This document shows positions 1 through 7,869 of a DNA stretch of 34,567 nt, in pieces. This stretch comes from a virus (Duplodnaviria > Caudoviricetes). The notes under the pieces are model-generated. The model was not told the DNA's origin, searched no databases, and saw nothing but the letters and a program-made list of their open reading frames with translations. Location: IMG/VR virus record IMGVR_UViG_3300017707_001436, positions 1 through 34,567 of that record; one strand, written 5' to 3'. The translations under genes were made by a program, and so were the position numbers. Positions within the stretch are counted from its first letter, which is position 1, and each line of letters opens with the position of its first letter.

Positions 1-22
1 ATTCGAGCCCTCAAGCGCTGAA

Positions 23-63
23 CCCGTATAGGGCAAGTCCTACAGCCATCGGTGCCCCACAAT
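23..63 (+). promoter_or_regulatory. Putative phage late promoter, copy 1 (CCCGTATAGGG-N24-CACAAT)
   Basis: Same bipartite motif and spacing recur at 7345, 7822 and 20324, each upstream of a gene. The -10-like hexamer ends 7 nt before the terS ATG. Confidence 0.65.
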
Positions 64-70
64 CGCACCC

Positions 71-1123
71 ATGGCCCAATCACCAGCGGGCAAGCCCCGC
101 AAGACCCCCAAGCCCGCCGCCTCACCCAAGAAGGCCGCGGGCTCTTCTGCGTCCAAGCCCAAGGCGAAGCCCGCACCAAAGGCCAAGCCCCCGGCAAAAC
201 CAGCCCCGATGCCGCGCAAGAAACCTGCGCCACCACCGCCGCCCGCGCCGAAAAAGCGCGCGCCAGCGAAGAAAGCCGCAGCAAAGTCTCCATCGCCCGC
301 CCTGGCCGACACCCCAAAAGCGCAGAAAGATGCGCCGCAACTGGGTTTGACGCCGAAGCAGCAGCGTTTCGTGGACGAGTACATGGTGGACCTGAACGCC
401 ACCCAGGCGGCCATTCGAGCCGGCTACAGCCCGGACACGGCTGCCGCCATTGGTTATGAGAACCTTCAAAAACCTCAGATACACGCTGCCCTACAGGAAG
501 CGCGAGAGGCGCAGCAGGAGCGCACGGGCATCACGGCAGACCGCGTGCTGCGAGAAATCGCCCTGATGGCGCTGGCCGATTCCCGTGAGCTGGTCGAGGG
601 CAAGAAGGGTTGCTGCCGCCATTGCTGGGGCGAAGGGCACCGCGCACAGCACACCGTCGGCGAGCAGAACCGCCGCATGGAAGACCACGCCAAGAAGGGC
701 GGCCTGCCTGCTGAGTTCGACCATGAAGGCGGCATTGGCTACAACCCGCACCGCCCGCCACACCACGATTGCCCCGACTGCATGGGCGATGGGCGCTTGC
801 ACGTCGTGTTCAAGGACACGCGCGACTTCAGTCCTTCTGCCGTCGCCCTGTATGCCGGCATCAAGACCACCAAGGACGGCGTGGAAGTCAAGATGCACAG
901 CAAGATGGATGCCATCGAGAAGCTGGCGAAGCACTTGGGCCTCTACGAGCTGGACAACCGCCAGAAGGGCGACCCACTTACCGCCCTGCTGCAGAGCCTG
1001 GCCAACGGCAACGGCAACACCTTCCGCCCCGTGGCCAACGACCCGGAGCGCGCGGCCGACACCCCACCCATCAGCGGCTTCGGGCCGCAGCCAGAGGGAG
1101 ACGACGATGGCAACGGCGCCTAA
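71..1123 (+). CDS. terS: Terminase small subunit with K/P/A-rich N-terminal extension and Cys-rich insert
   Basis: LTPKQQRFVDEYMVDLNATQAAIRAGYS...ENLQKPQI is the classic Terminase_2 HTH start; KMDAIEKLAKHLGL near the C-terminus; directly upstream of terL. Confidence 0.93.
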   Translation: MAQSPAGKPRKTPKPAASPKKAAGSSASKPKAKPAPKAKPPAKPAPMPRKKPAPPPPPAPKKRAPAKKAAAKSPSPALADTPKAQKDAPQLGLTPKQQRFVDEYMVDLNATQAAIRAGYSPDTAAAIGYENLQKPQIHAALQEAREAQQERTGITADRVLREIALMALADSRELVEGKKGCCRHCWGEGHRAQHTVGEQNRRMEDHAKKGGLPAEFDHEGGIGYNPHRPPHHDCPDCMGDGRLHVVFKDTRDFSPSAVALYAGIKTTKDGVEVKMHSKMDAIEKLAKHLGLYELDNRQKGDPLTALLQSLANGNGNTFRPVANDPERAADTPPISGFGPQPEGDDDGNGA

Positions 1124-2912
1124 ACGCTGGCCCGCCCCGGCGAAGCTGCAGGTGCAGCGGCCCACGCGCAAGCTCAAGCAGCCTGTGGCAGAGCCTGGCG
1201 AGTTGGACGAGGACGAGGAAGTCATCGAGGCCGTGCCCGGCGCCGAGGTCGACGCGCAGCTGGGCAAGGCCTGGGCGCACAACGCAGGCCGGCCGGCGCG
1301 CGGGCCCCATGTGGTGCTCAGCCACCCGGAGAACATCCCCAAGGACGCGGCCGAGCTGGCCAAGTGCCTGAGCGACCCCTTCTGGCGCCTGTTCAGCGGC
1401 TGCCTGTACCAGATCATCGTGAAGGGCGACACGATCAAGGACGAGAACGGCCAGGTGATCGGCGAGGAAGAGTCGCTGGTGATGCCCTTCCGCCCCAACC
1501 GGGCGCAGCAGCGCTTCATCAAGCGCCTGTGGAACCGCAACATCATCCTCAAGGCCCGGCAGATGGGCTTCACCACCCTGATCGCCATCATGTGGCTGGA
1601 CCATGCCCTGTTCAACGGCAACCAGCGCTGCGGCATGATCGCCCAGGACCGCGAGACGGCCGAGGCCATCTTCCGGGACAAGATCGTCTTCGCCTACGAC
1701 CACCTGCCCGAGCAGATCCGCGAGCGCATGCCCCTGGCGCGCGCGAGCACCAAGGAGCTGCTGTTTGCCCACAACAACAGCAGCATCCGCGTGGCCACCA
1801 GCGTGCGCGGCGGGACCGTGCACCGCCTGCATGTGTCCGAGTTCGGCAAGATTTGTGCCAAGTTCCCCGCCAAGGCCGAAGAAGTGACCACCGGCTCCAT
1901 CCAGGCCGTGCCCGCGGGCGGCATCCTGGTGATCGAGTCCACCGCCGAGGGCACGGACGGCGAGTTCTACCGCATGTGCCAGCGCGCCATGGCCCTGGCC
2001 ACCGGGCGCGTGGTCCTCACCGCGAGCCAGTACCGCTTCCACTTCTACGCCTGGTGGCAAGACCCTGGCTACCAGATGGACCCGTCGGCCGTGGTCATCA
2101 CCGACGAGCAGCACAAGTATTTCGAGGCCATCGAGGTGGCCCAGAACTGCAAGATCGACCGGGCCCAGCGCGCCTGGTACGTGGAGAAGCTGCGCAACGA
2201 CTTCGCCGGCAAGGAAGAGCTGATGTGGCGGGAATACCCGTCGAGCCCCGAGGAAGCGTTCCAGCAGTCCACCGAGGGCCACTACTACGCCAAGGACGTG
2301 ATCCTGGTGCTCAAGCGCGGCGGCATCATGGAGCTGCCCGTGTTGGACCTGCCGGTCTACACCTTCTGGGACATCGGGCACAGCGACGGGTGCGCCATCT
2401 GGTTCATGCAGGAGCTGAACGGGCAGGACCGCTTCATCGACTACTACGAAGAGCACGAGGAAGACCTGCGGCACTACGCGACCATGCTCCTGAACAAGGG
2501 CTACGCCTATGCCGCCCACTTCCTGCCCCATGACGCGGCGCACCAGCACCTGACCAGCGACTACAACAAGACCACGCAAAGCCAGCTGATGGCGCTGCTG
2601 CCCGGCCACCAGAGCTTCATCGTGCCCCGCATCACTGAGCTGATGACGGGCATCTATGCCACGCGCAAGCACCTGAAAGGCGCCTACTTCGACATCGACC
2701 GGTGCAAACAGGGCTGGGAGCGCATCAAGGGCTACAAGAAGAAGTACAGCCAGAGCGAGATGCGCTACATCGACCAGCCGGACAAGGCCAATGGCTGCAC
2801 CGAGGGCGCCGACGCGCTGCGCCAGTACGCCCAGGCGAAAGAGCTGGGCATGATCCAATCCATCGGCAGCAGCGGCGGCTACGTCGAGGCACCCGCACCC
2901 ATTTACGCATGA
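1107..2912 (+). CDS. terL: Terminase large subunit
   Basis: ATG 1107 follows GAGGGAG. Walker A ILKARQMGFTT, Walker B LHVSE, coupling motif ESTAEG, nuclease motifs WDIGHSD and GADALR. The track start at 585 is an upstream over-extension. Confidence 0.95.
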   Translation: MATAPKRWPAPAKLQVQRPTRKLKQPVAEPGELDEDEEVIEAVPGAEVDAQLGKAWAHNAGRPARGPHVVLSHPENIPKDAAELAKCLSDPFWRLFSGCLYQIIVKGDTIKDENGQVIGEEESLVMPFRPNRAQQRFIKRLWNRNIILKARQMGFTTLIAIMWLDHALFNGNQRCGMIAQDRETAEAIFRDKIVFAYDHLPEQIRERMPLARASTKELLFAHNNSSIRVATSVRGGTVHRLHVSEFGKICAKFPAKAEEVTTGSIQAVPAGGILVIESTAEGTDGEFYRMCQRAMALATGRVVLTASQYRFHFYAWWQDPGYQMDPSAVVITDEQHKYFEAIEVAQNCKIDRAQRAWYVEKLRNDFAGKEELMWREYPSSPEEAFQQSTEGHYYAKDVILVLKRGGIMELPVLDLPVYTFWDIGHSDGCAIWFMQELNGQDRFIDYYEEHEEDLRHYATMLLNKGYAYAAHFLPHDAAHQHLTSDYNKTTQSQLMALLPGHQSFIVPRITELMTGIYATRKHLKGAYFDIDRCKQGWERIKGYKKKYSQSEMRYIDQPDKANGCTEGADALRQYAQAKELGMIQSIGSSGGYVEAPAPIYA

Positions 2913-2920
2913 GGCCCACC

Positions 2921-5260
2921 ATGAAGAGCTACAGCACCAGCAACGAAGCCATCGACCCAGTGGACACGCCTGATGGCGACGTGCCGCTGTCGCTCTTCGA
3001 GTACCGCGCCATCCTGGACGAGATCGACAACCAGCCCCGCGCCTGGCGCAAGCAGGCCGACAAGGAGATGGACTACGCCGACGGCAACCAGATGGAGACG
3101 GCCCTGCTCAAGGCCCAGGCCCAGGCCGGCATCCCCCCATCCATGGAGAACCTGATCGCCCCCGCGCTCGAGGGCATCCGCGGCTACGAAGAGAGCACCC
3201 GCACTGACTGGCGCGTGACGCCCAACGGGCAGCCGGGCGGCCAGGACGCGGCCGAGGCCATGAACTTCAAGCTGAACGAGGCCGAGCGCAACGCCGGTGC
3301 AGACGATGCGCTGTCCGAGGGCTTCTACCCGCAGATCGGCGTGGGCATCGGCTGGGTGGAGGTGTGCCGCAGCTCCGACCCGTCCGGCTACCCCTACGAG
3401 TGCAACCACATCCACCGGAACGAGATGCTGTTCCCGTTCGACGCCAAGAACGACATGAGCGACGCGCGCTGGCTGCTGCGCAATCGCTGGCTCATGCCCG
3501 AGCGCGTGGCCCGCGTCTTCCCCGAGCACAAGGAGCTGATCCGCCAATTCGGCCGGGCCGGCATCAACTGGTGGAGCGAGTACAACGACATGGAATTCGG
3601 CGGCGCCAGCACGGGCATGAACCGCCATTTCGACGTGGCGCGCGAGTGGACCCGCCAGGAAGACCGCTGGTACAACAGCTACAGCAAGGAGATTTGCGTC
3701 AGCGAGCTGTGGTACCGCCGCTGGACGGACATCCTGGTGATGAAGACCCCGAACGGGCGCATCGTGGAGTACGACGAGAAGAACCCGGTCCACCGCCTGG
3801 CCGTCGGCATGGGCAAGGCCAGGCCCCAGCGCGCCGTGGTGGCCAAGATCCGCCGCAGCTACTGGCTGGGCCCGCACTGCCTGTTCGATGGCCCCACGCC
3901 ATACACCCATCGCAGCTTCCCCTACGTGCCAATGTGGGGCTTCCGCGAGGATGGCACCCGCGTGCCCTTCGGTTACATCCGCAACATGCTGCACCAGCAG
4001 GACACGCTCAACAGCGGCAACAGCCGGCTGCGCTGGGCGATCGCGGCCTACCGCACGGTGCGCACCAAGGGCGCGGTGGACATGCCCGATGACGTGTTCC
4101 GCCGCACGGTGGGCCGCCTGGACGCCGATATCGTGCTGAACGCGGCCCACATGGCCAGCCCTGGTGCGAAATTCGAGGTGGAGCGGGACTACCAGCTCAC
4201 CCAGCAGCAGATGGAGATGCTGCAGAACGCCCGCAACGCCATCGAGCGCGTGAACCCTGCTGCTGCTGGCGCCTTCAGCGGCCGGCGTGGCACGGCCACG
4301 AGCGGCATTCAGGAGGAAACCCAGGTCGAGCAGGCCAACCAGTCCCTCGCGCACATGATGGGCAACTTCAAGCGCGCCCGCAAGCAGGTGGGCGAGCTGC
4401 TGCTGGCCATGATTCTGCAGGACATCGGCAGCGAGGAAACCACCGTTGTGATCGAGGGCGACGACGGCGTGAAGCCCGCGCGCACCATCGTGCTGAACAA
4501 GCCCGAGGTGGACCCTGAAACCGGCCTGCCCTACCTGTCCAACGACCTGCAGAAGACCCGCCTGATGGTGGGCCTGGAGGACGTGCCGAGCAGCCCAACG
4601 TTCCGTGGCCAGCAGCTCACGGCCATGTCCGAGGCCATCAAGAGCCTGCCGCCCGAGTACCAGGCCGCCGCCATGCCGTTCATGGCCAGCCTCATGGATC
4701 TGCCATTCAAGCGCGAGCTGATCGAGGCCTTCAAGGCAGCCGGCGCCCAGGAAAATCCCGAGGCGATCGAGAAGCGCATTCAGGACGCCGTGGCCCAGGC
4801 CCTGGTGAAGTCGGGTGCCGAGCTGAAGGCCCGGGAACTGGACATCAAGGAGCGCAAGAGCGATGCCGAGGTGGAGATGATGATGAAGCAGGCCGTGACC
4901 GAGGGCATCACGGCGGCATTCACTGCCATGCAGGCCGGTGGCCAGCTCGCCATGAACCCGCTGATTGCCCCCATCGCGGACAAGCTGCTGCAGGACAACG
5001 GGTACAAGCCGAGCACGCCGGCCGGTGTCGACCCGAACTTCGACCAGCTGGCCCTGGCCGCCCCGGTCAGCGGCGCTGTGGCGGCAGACACCGCTGGCGC
5101 TGCCCAGCAGGCGGCAGCCATGGCACCGGCACCAGGTGACGCAGCGCCCGGCGTGGAGCAGAATACGAGTCCCGCCTTCCCGCCCGTGCCGCAGCAAGCG
5201 CCGAGCGCTATGGGCGGGATTGAAACCCCAACCCCTGCGGACAACTTCACGCCCGCGTAA
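2921..5260 (+). CDS. Portal protein (P22-like)
   Basis: Follows terL; ATG 2921 after GAGG; about 780 aa with WRKQADKEMDYADGNQ, GIGWVEV, FPYVPMWG, ATSGIQ and a helical, low-complexity C-terminus typical of podovirus portals. Confidence 0.9.
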   Translation: MKSYSTSNEAIDPVDTPDGDVPLSLFEYRAILDEIDNQPRAWRKQADKEMDYADGNQMETALLKAQAQAGIPPSMENLIAPALEGIRGYEESTRTDWRVTPNGQPGGQDAAEAMNFKLNEAERNAGADDALSEGFYPQIGVGIGWVEVCRSSDPSGYPYECNHIHRNEMLFPFDAKNDMSDARWLLRNRWLMPERVARVFPEHKELIRQFGRAGINWWSEYNDMEFGGASTGMNRHFDVAREWTRQEDRWYNSYSKEICVSELWYRRWTDILVMKTPNGRIVEYDEKNPVHRLAVGMGKARPQRAVVAKIRRSYWLGPHCLFDGPTPYTHRSFPYVPMWGFREDGTRVPFGYIRNMLHQQDTLNSGNSRLRWAIAAYRTVRTKGAVDMPDDVFRRTVGRLDADIVLNAAHMASPGAKFEVERDYQLTQQQMEMLQNARNAIERVNPAAAGAFSGRRGTATSGIQEETQVEQANQSLAHMMGNFKRARKQVGELLLAMILQDIGSEETTVVIEGDDGVKPARTIVLNKPEVDPETGLPYLSNDLQKTRLMVGLEDVPSSPTFRGQQLTAMSEAIKSLPPEYQAAAMPFMASLMDLPFKRELIEAFKAAGAQENPEAIEKRIQDAVAQALVKSGAELKARELDIKERKSDAEVEMMMKQAVTEGITAAFTAMQAGGQLAMNPLIAPIADKLLQDNGYKPSTPAGVDPNFDQLALAAPVSGAVAADTAGAAQQAAAMAPAPGDAAPGVEQNTSPAFPPVPQQAPSAMGGIETPTPADNFTPA

Positions 5261-5268
5261 GGAGAATC

Positions 5269-5622
5269 ATGAGCACCGAGAAAGAAATGGGCGAGAGCTT
5301 CAGCGGCTTCGTCGCCCGGCGCCTGGACGAGAGCACCAGGGCCCACATGGCAGGCGCCACGGTGGTCGATGGCGTCACCTTCGAGACGCCCATGGCCCCT
5401 CAGACCCACCAGCAGGTGGTGGATGCCATGGAGGCGGTCGACGCAGCAGGCGCCGCCGCACGTCGGGCAGCCGATGACCTGTGCCGCGTCAAGTACCGGG
5501 AACTGCAGGCCCAATGCGGTGCCATCGGTCATGTGTTCGGCGCGTCCCTCTTGGGTTACTCCACCACCCGCATGTGCGTCTTCTGCCGCGCCCACGAACC
5601 AGCGAAGGAAGCCCAGCCATGA
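5269..5622 (+). CDS. Hypothetical protein with C-terminal CxxxGH...CxxC zinc-ribbon-like motif
   Basis: Strong RBS AAGGAG; QCGAIGHVF...RMCVFCRAHE; ATGA overlap with the next gene. Confidence 0.75.
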   Translation: MSTEKEMGESFSGFVARRLDESTRAHMAGATVVDGVTFETPMAPQTHQQVVDAMEAVDAAGAAARRAADDLCRVKYRELQAQCGAIGHVFGASLLGYSTTRMCVFCRAHEPAKEAQP

Positions 5623-6149
5623 CCGCCGCCTACAAGATCGCCATCACCGTGGCCCTGACCTGCGACAACCCGCAGGCGAGCTACCCGGAGCAGGTCGAGG
5701 CCGCCATGGCCCTGGCCTTCAGCACGCTGAACCAGCTGCCGCCCGAGCCTGGCCGCACGGACACCATGAGCTTCGAGGATGGCACCACCACGCTCGAGGT
5801 GACCACCGGCGACGTGCAAACCGTCTTCCGCGAGGTGCCGGCCTACCAGCAGCGCGTGCTGGACGAACAGGAGGCGCTGCAGAAGAAGCTGGACGCCCTG
5901 CAGGCCTTCATCAATGAGCCGGCCGCAGCCGACGGCACGCCCAGCATATTCGCAGCCCTGCCCGCTGGCGAGCGCTTCGACCTGCGCGACCAGTGCACGG
6001 CCATGTGGAACTACAACGTGGCCCTGCTGCGCCGCATCAAGGGCTTCCGCATCCCTGCGCCGGCGCCGGTGGCCGAGCCCGAGGACTTCCTGGCTGGCAA
6101 GCAGGCGTGCGACATCATCGGCGACACACCGTGCGAGGCCTGCCAATGA
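5619..6149 (+). CDS. Small phage protein: crAss001_48-like helical domain plus Cys-rich C-terminal tail
   Basis: ATGA-coupled start after AAGGAAG. PAYQQRVLDEQEALQKKLDALQAFI...FAALPAGERFDLRDQCTAMWNYNVALLRRIKGF matches a common phage helical-hairpin family (recognised by eye). Ends ACDIIGDTPCEACQ. Confidence 0.75.
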   Translation: MTAAYKIAITVALTCDNPQASYPEQVEAAMALAFSTLNQLPPEPGRTDTMSFEDGTTTLEVTTGDVQTVFREVPAYQQRVLDEQEALQKKLDALQAFINEPAAADGTPSIFAALPAGERFDLRDQCTAMWNYNVALLRRIKGFRIPAPAPVAEPEDFLAGKQACDIIGDTPCEACQ

Positions 6150-6382
6150 GCCACACCCCTGAATTCCGCATGTCCATCGACGTGACTGTCCATGGAACTG
6201 GCGAGTACGGCGACCCTTCCGGCCTGATCCAGGAAGCCCTGCGCGAAGTCACCAGCCGCATGGACTTCTGCACCAAGGACCAGACCGGCCGCGTGCTGGA
6301 CGTGTCCCGCGACCACCAAGACAAGCGCGTGACGGTGGACATCACCTACGTGGACGCGCGGCGCCCGAGGGGCGCGACGTGA
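6146..6382 (+). CDS. Hypothetical protein (78 aa)
   Basis: ATGA overlap with the upstream stop; host-like codon usage (MSHTPEFRMSIDVTVHG...). Confidence 0.65.
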   Translation: MSHTPEFRMSIDVTVHGTGEYGDPSGLIQEALREVTSRMDFCTKDQTGRVLDVSRDHQDKRVTVDITYVDARRPRGAT

Positions 6383-6480
6383 TCGAGCTGTGGCTTGTAG
6401 CCCTGTGGATGTGGCTGGAGGCCCGTGCAGCGCGCAGGGCCTGCAAGCGCATGGAGCGGCCTGGGGCATAATCGCGGCGT

Positions 6481-6556
6481 GTCGCCATCGTCTAGAGGCT
6501 CAGGACAGCAGGGTTTCATCCTGCCGACCCCGGTTCAAATCCGGGTGGCGACTCCA
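6481..6556 (+). tRNA. tRNA-Glu (TTC)
   Basis: Acceptor GTCGCCA/TGGCGAC; Glu-type D arm TCGTCTAGAGGCTCAGGAC; anticodon stem GCAGG/CCTGC with loop GTTTCAT; T arm CCCGG-TTCAAAT-CCGGG; encoded CCA; 76 nt. Confidence 0.9.
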
Positions 6557-6562
6557 GTTTTC

Positions 6563-6632
6563 GAGGGTGTGGCCGAGCAGGCAGCGGATTGCAAACCCGC
6601 GCACACAGGTGAAAGCCCTGTCTCCCTCTCCA
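6563..6632 (+). tRNA. tRNA-Cys (GCA), atypical or degenerate
   Basis: Acceptor GAGGGTG/CTCCCTC with one T-T mismatch; anticodon loop TTGCAAA; U73 discriminator and CCA. Short D loop, A-C mismatch in the anticodon stem and non-canonical T loop TGAAAGC. Confidence 0.7.
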
Positions 6633-6634
6633 GT

Positions 6635-6708
6635 GGTGTTGGTAGCTCAGTGGCAGAGTACCCGGCTGTGAACCGGGTGACCAGGGTTCGATTCCCGCCT
6701 TCACCCCA
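6635..6708 (+). tRNA. tRNA-His (GTG), atypical
   Basis: G-1:C73 His identity pair; D arm GCTC-AGTGGCA-GAGT; anticodon arm CCCGG-CTGTGAA-CCGGG; T loop TTCGATT; CCA. Two T-T mismatches in the acceptor stem and a bulged T stem. Confidence 0.8.
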
Positions 6709-6861
6709 CGATTTCCTCCTGTGCAATGCAGGAGATACCCGGTAGCATCGAGTCCTCACCAACCCCGAGGACATCATGACCACCACTCCCCGTTCCAAGA
6801 AGCCAGCCCGCGCCGTGCCGCCACCACTGCCGCCCGCGTGACCGAGGTCACAAACAACATC

Positions 6862-7353
6862 ATGAGCAAGGTGATCCAGGACCGTGACCGCATGATCGTT
6901 GGGCAGCAGGACGCAGAGCGTAAGCTGCAGCAGGCCCAGGCCAACGTGGCCCGCATCGAGAGCGACCTGCGCGACGCCGAGCGCCAAATCATGGGCCTGG
7001 GCGCCAAGATGGAGAAGCGGCAGGCCAACGTCTACAGCCTCTTCAGCGAGCTGGAGCACAAGCTGGCCGGGTACAAGGACAGCGACGAAGCCAAGGTGCT
7101 CGCCCTGATCGGCCAGGAAGTCACGATCGTGGGCGGCACCCAGAAGATGGTGGCCGCGGGACTGAACGAGGACGGCGAGATGACCTGCGTTTTTGAACAG
7201 GGCGCCGGGTCGGCTTTCACCTCCATCGTGACCGTTGCCGTGCCGCCCCTGGCCCTGGCCCTGCGCCTGGTCAACCCGGCCAAGGCCCAACCCAAGCCTG
7301 CCAGTCCCGCACGCAAGAGCATCCCGGCCAAACGGTTCAAAAAACCGGCATAG
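6862..7353 (+). CDS. Coiled-coil protein with C-terminal DUF2158/YodC-like domain and basic tail (start uncertain)
   Basis: Heptad-rich N-terminal half; IGQEVTIVGGTQKMVAAG...MTCVF resembles the GDVVxLKSGGPxMTV...CxW pattern; see the frameshift finding at 6776. Confidence 0.65.
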   Translation: MSKVIQDRDRMIVGQQDAERKLQQAQANVARIESDLRDAERQIMGLGAKMEKRQANVYSLFSELEHKLAGYKDSDEAKVLALIGQEVTIVGGTQKMVAAGLNEDGEMTCVFEQGAGSAFTSIVTVAVPPLALALRLVNPAKAQPKPASPARKSIPAKRFKKPA

Positions 7354-7384
7354 GGTTCGCCGGCCCAGCGCCAGGCGGCAGAAT
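7345..7384 (+). promoter_or_regulatory. Putative phage late promoter, copy 2 (CCGGCATAGGG-N23-CAGAAT)
   Basis: Matches the four-copy motif; overlaps the upstream stop codon; precedes ORF 7438. Confidence 0.55.
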
Positions 7385-7437
7385 GAAGGCTCCCACCTAC
7401 CCAGGTGTCGGAGCCTTCAATCCTTCTGGAGTCCAAG

Positions 7438-7761
7438 ATGAAAAAGAAACTGCTCGCGGTGGCCATGGGCGCAATGCTCGCAGCCGGTGCCGCCAATGCC
7501 GTGACCGTGAACCATGCCGGCCTGGGCGACCTGCTGGTGTCGCCCGCCTATTCCATCGGCGGCGGCTCCCAGTCTTCGCCCGTCGCCTCGCTCGAAGCCA
7601 TGACGACTGTGCGTGATGACGCCGGCCAGGTGCTGGGCTCCATCACCATCGTGCCCAGCGATGACGCCTGGAAGTTGGCGCTGGCGGCCCAGGTGCATGC
7701 CGAGCCCCGCTACAAGATCCGCATCGAGCGCGGGCCGCAGCGCCAGCGAATGCAGACCTGA
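7438..7761 (+). CDS. Small secreted protein resembling the N-terminus of proteobacterial cell-surface/S-layer-like proteins
   Basis: RBS GGAG; Sec signal peptide MKKKLLAVAMGAMLAAGAANA followed by VTVNHAGLGDLLVSPAYSI. Confidence 0.65.
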   Translation: MKKKLLAVAMGAMLAAGAANAVTVNHAGLGDLLVSPAYSIGGGSQSSPVASLEAMTTVRDDAGQVLGSITIVPSDDAWKLALAAQVHAEPRYKIRIERGPQRQRMQT

Positions 7762-7786
7762 CCCCCGAACCGACACCCTGAGCACC

Positions 7787-7813
7787 AAAAGCCACCCACG
7801 AGGTGGCTTTTTT
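7787..7813 (+). terminator. Intrinsic terminator, possibly bidirectional
   Basis: AAAAGCCACC-CACGA-GGTGGCTTTTTT hairpin flanked by A and T tracts. Confidence 0.88.
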
Positions 7814-7821
7814 ACGCCCGC

Positions 7822-7862
7822 CCTGTATAGGGTTTCACCCGCGCCCCAGTCCTACAGACACT
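7822..7862 (+). promoter_or_regulatory. Putative phage late promoter, copy 3 (CCTGTATAGGG-N24-GACACT)
   Basis: Immediately after the terminator and upstream of the scaffold/capsid operon. Confidence 0.7.
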
Positions 7863-7869
7863 CAAGCCC

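Noticed and set aside
585-1106. Track N-terminal extension of terL (similarly 2702-2920 for the portal and 19969-20391 for the ejection protein)
   Set aside because: They overlap upstream genes out of frame, and better RBS-linked ATGs exist at 1107, 2921 and 20392.
6435-6472. Possible fifth promoter copy before the tRNAs (CAGGG...CATAAT)
   Set aside because: The -10-like CATAAT is plausible, but the upstream box is degenerate and the spacer is 27 nt rather than 23-24, so it is not counted.
6390-6745. ORFs 6390-6671, 6425-6745 and 6516-6704
   Set aside because: They overlap the tRNA array; translations reflect tRNA sequence.
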